Source: Octopus bimaculoides
Lineage: Eukaryota
DNA length: 64,000 nt
Reading direction: 5' to 3'
Assembly (NCBI RefSeq): GCF_001194135.2
Contig: NC_068982.1
Coordinates: forward strand, 32,326,627 to 32,390,626
Below are positions 60,725 through 64,000 of the stretch, piece by piece. How positions within the stretch are numbered: position 1 is the first letter of the stretch; the number at the start of each line of letters is the position of its first letter. Under the pieces are notes generated by a model that did not search any database, was not told where the DNA came from, and worked only from the letters and a program-made list of their open reading frames with translations. The position numbers and the translations under genes were made by a program.

Positions 60725-62929
60725 CTGTTTTAACTTTCTCAGTCAAGCATATCAGTTGGTTTATGAAAAGGAGTTCAGTAAAAGAAAGAAATGGTGTGTG
60801 TACGTGGAGAGGAGGAGGAGGAGGGGGGATAAAGCCCATCACCCCACCCCTACCGTTACTGGTTTGGTAGTAGCACTAATCTTCATACAGTATGGGTTAT
60901 TGGAAAAGTTTTATCATAGAACCAAGTTTTATATGAAGATGTGTAGGATAATGGCAGTTGGCTACTTCTTCCGTTCTTTTTTCCTTCTGTTCTAGATTTT
61001 CAAAGTAAAGTATATTTATTTTCTGACTCTTGGAGAATAAGAGAAAGAGGGGGAGAAGTGAGAGACGAGATATGCTAACTTTGTCTGTCTGTGAGGAAAT
61101 TAAAGTATTTAGTGTTGTATTAATATTAATTTACTCTGAGCTCAAGTGGTTTCTCATTAGCCCAAATAAACTGAAGCTTAATTAATTACACAATATTACT
61201 AAATTACTGACATTTAGTAGAATGAAGAGAATTAGGTCACAGAATCTTCTTTCAAAGAATTTAACAAAAATCTTTTAAATGTTTATCAACAGTGGTTAAA
61301 TCAGTAAAACATTGGAGTAAAAAAAAACTTTGTGGTGTTTGGTAATGTCCCCTTATGTTCTAGGTTCAAATCCAGTCAGGTCCACAAATAACTTCTCATT
61401 CTCCTGTACCACAGTGCTGCTTTCGGCCATAAATGCTCCTTCTCCAAGCTAGGAGGAGCATTTATATAATTGCTCCCCCTTCAAGAAATAGCAGTCAGAT
61501 TTCCCTCAAATCATAACTTAACATTTTTAAAATAGGATACATTGGATAATGTAGTCCTTGAGACACAATATCTTAAAAAATAATAAAAAAAAGATGCTAC
61601 CCTTATGATTAAGAATACCTTTGATCATGGGTTTGTCTGTTGGATCGAGGCTGACTTAGGATTAAACAGCAACAAAACTTATTCTCAGCTGCTAAACCAC
61701 TATCCTCTCCCTTTTGCTCTGATGTTTAATTCAATTCTAGTTTTAAAAGAGGAAAGTTAGGATTCACTGCAGAGCTATGGCCAAAAGCAGCACTATGGTA
61801 CAGGTATGAAAAGAAGCTTGCTTCCCAACCACATGGTTCTCAGTTCAGTCCCACTGCATAGCACTTTGGGCTATGCAGTGGGTATGTCTTCTATAGCCTC
61901 AGGCCACCAAAGCCTTGTGAGTGGATTTGGTAGAAAGAAGCCTGTCATGTATGTGTATGTGTGTGTGTGTCTTTGTGCTGTGTTTGTCCATCAACAGCAC
62001 TTAACAACTGGTGTTGGTTTGTTTACATCCCCGTAACTTAGCAGTTCAGCAAAAAGGGACCAATAGAATAAGTACTAGGCTTACAAAGAATAAGTCCTGA
62101 TGTTGATTTGTTTGACTAAAATTCTTCAAGGTGGTGCTTAAAAAAAATTAGTACCAGGGTCGATTCATTTGACTAAAAGCTCCTCAAAGCAGTGCTCCAG
62201 CATGGCCGCAGTCCAATGACTGAAACAGACAAAAGGTAAGAGAGCAGCACGCTGGCCAAGAGCAGTGCTATGGCTGAGAGCAGAGCTATAATGCAATGAC
62301 CAACAAATAGTATTCTGGCCACAAACATTTTGTATTTTTCCCAGGCACAATGTACCTAGAACCTCATCATCTGATATAATAGTGTAGTTTGAGGGAGATT
62401 TGACTCCTATTTTTGCAGGTCAAATGAGCACACAGGGGCTCTCTCTCAACTTACTGGAGACTAGGCTGCTATTTCTAGCAAGTTGAACAGCTGTATAGTG
62501 TCTCCCTCATCACTTGTAAGATTCTCGAATATCTTATAACACACAAACACACACCCGCGTGCACATACCACATATCTGAACAGCTAAGGAAATCATGCGA
62601 CATCAATTTTCATAATACCAGTTTAACATTTATTTGGTTATTTGTACCCCCTCCTACCCCTCATATTTTACATTTCTTTCATTTTCTTTATTTCATTTTC
62701 TACACTCCCCCCCCCCCCNNNNNNNNNNNNNNNNNNNNNNNNNNNNCCTCACAACACACACGCACCCCAACCCACATTTTTGTTGAAGTCAGAGAAGTGT
62801 CAAAGTATTCTCTGATAAACTGTTATTTAGTATATTATAGTTTGCTGGGCTTCTTTTTTTTCTTCTCTTTTTGCCAACTGTCATTCTCTTCATACTCACA
62901 TATTTCAAAACAATAATAATAATAATAAT

Positions 62930-63830
62930 AATGCTGATTTATTTTATTTGTCACAGTGGCATCTGATGATAGGGACATTACAAGGACAATTTACAAATTG
63001 TGTAGGGGTTTACATAAAAAAAAAAGATGTGAAGGGTAAGTGGGAAGAGAAAGAGATGAGATAAAAAAAAGCATACAGAGTTTATAAAATATGCAAATAC
63101 GTGAAGAATTTAGTCTTCCAGATACAGGAGAACCTCTAACTAGGGCTGATCAAGGAACTCCACAGCCCCAGGATTTCCCTGACCACCAAGGCCACAAGCC
63201 CTCACCCAACTATTCTTCAATTTATAAGTATAATATGCTAAGAGTAGTTCCATTCGCCCTTACCATTTTTACCACAAACACCCATCTTTTCACAAATTTG
63301 CTGGGAGAGAGCACTTCCCACTCTACTTTCACTTTCCTCTTCAAGTAAGAGTCAATGAGAGCTTGACTGAATAGGAAGGTATCTGTCCTTGATCTCTCTG
63401 GTCTTGTCCATCACACGGCCTCTTTTGCCATAGCCATCAGACAGACAAACATGGCCTACCCTACCTTGTTAAAAGTAGGCAGTGGGGCAATCTTCACAAC
63501 AGACTTGGTTGATAGCCAAGTCCATCCTACATATGATAACAACTGTTAAACATAATTCCACAAGTCAACAATACTTGGACACAGCACAAAGGTATGCAGT
63601 ACAGTTTTTTACATTGCACACATCTTCAACAGTCTGCCTGGCAGCACCTTCTGTATCTCCAGGATTTATCTTGAACTGGTGGTGCCCCTCAAATGCACAT
63701 CCTGGCTAAGAATTTCTGGAAATTATCCAGTTCATCCTCATTGATGTGCAACATTTCTCCAAGAATGCTATTGCTCTTACACACCACTAATCCTCTATAT
63801 GGCTACAATGGCACTTCCATCAACTATATT
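62930..63830 (-). mobile_element. Tx1/L1-clade LINE 3' remnant
   Basis: It reads LDNFQKFLA...C*RCVQC.KTVLHTFVLCPSIVDLWNYV*QLL...AKEAV*WTR (CCHC knuckle region) and is homologous to 44666-45345. Confidence 0.8.
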
Positions 63831-64000
63831 GCCTGGTAGAAAGCAGGTGGGGACCTTGTTTCTAAATTAGGTACAAAGTTAGCAATTTGAGGGGCGAGAT
63901 TAGTCAATTACACTGACCCCAGTACTTGACTGGTGCTTTGTATTATTAATACCTGAAGGGATGAAAGTCAAAGTTGATCTTGGCATGGATTGCATCCAGA

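Overview
AT-rich, microsatellite- and SINE-saturated animal DNA with eight N-gaps. The repeat families look like those of Octopus (inferred from repeat style, not proven). The window is almost entirely intronic or intergenic. I can identify only two convincing coding exons, both on the minus strand. The first is a 298-nt exon (34744-34447) encoding most of the PH domain of a Gab/Daughter-of-sevenless adaptor. The second is a terminal exon (24201-24038) encoding a PLAC cysteine module, as found at the C-terminus of ADAMTS/ADAMTS-like proteins. The expected partner exons (Gab exon 1 and tail; TSP1 exons) are not visible, so the two exons are interleaved, mis-assembled or spliced together; their phases are compatible. 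The rest is transposon-derived: several tRNA-type SINE families, Tx1/L1- and L2/CR1-type LINE remnants, a DD37E Tc1-like element, a mariner MITE, other MITEs and a Helitron. Nearly all ORFs in the supplied track are microsatellite, gap or repeat artefacts. The best leads are the PH/PLAC arrangement, a candidate recursive splice site at 56669/56670, a cluster of PAR-bZIP D-box motifs near 60 kb, and several foldback structures. There are no CRISPR arrays, rRNA genes or bona fide tRNA genes.
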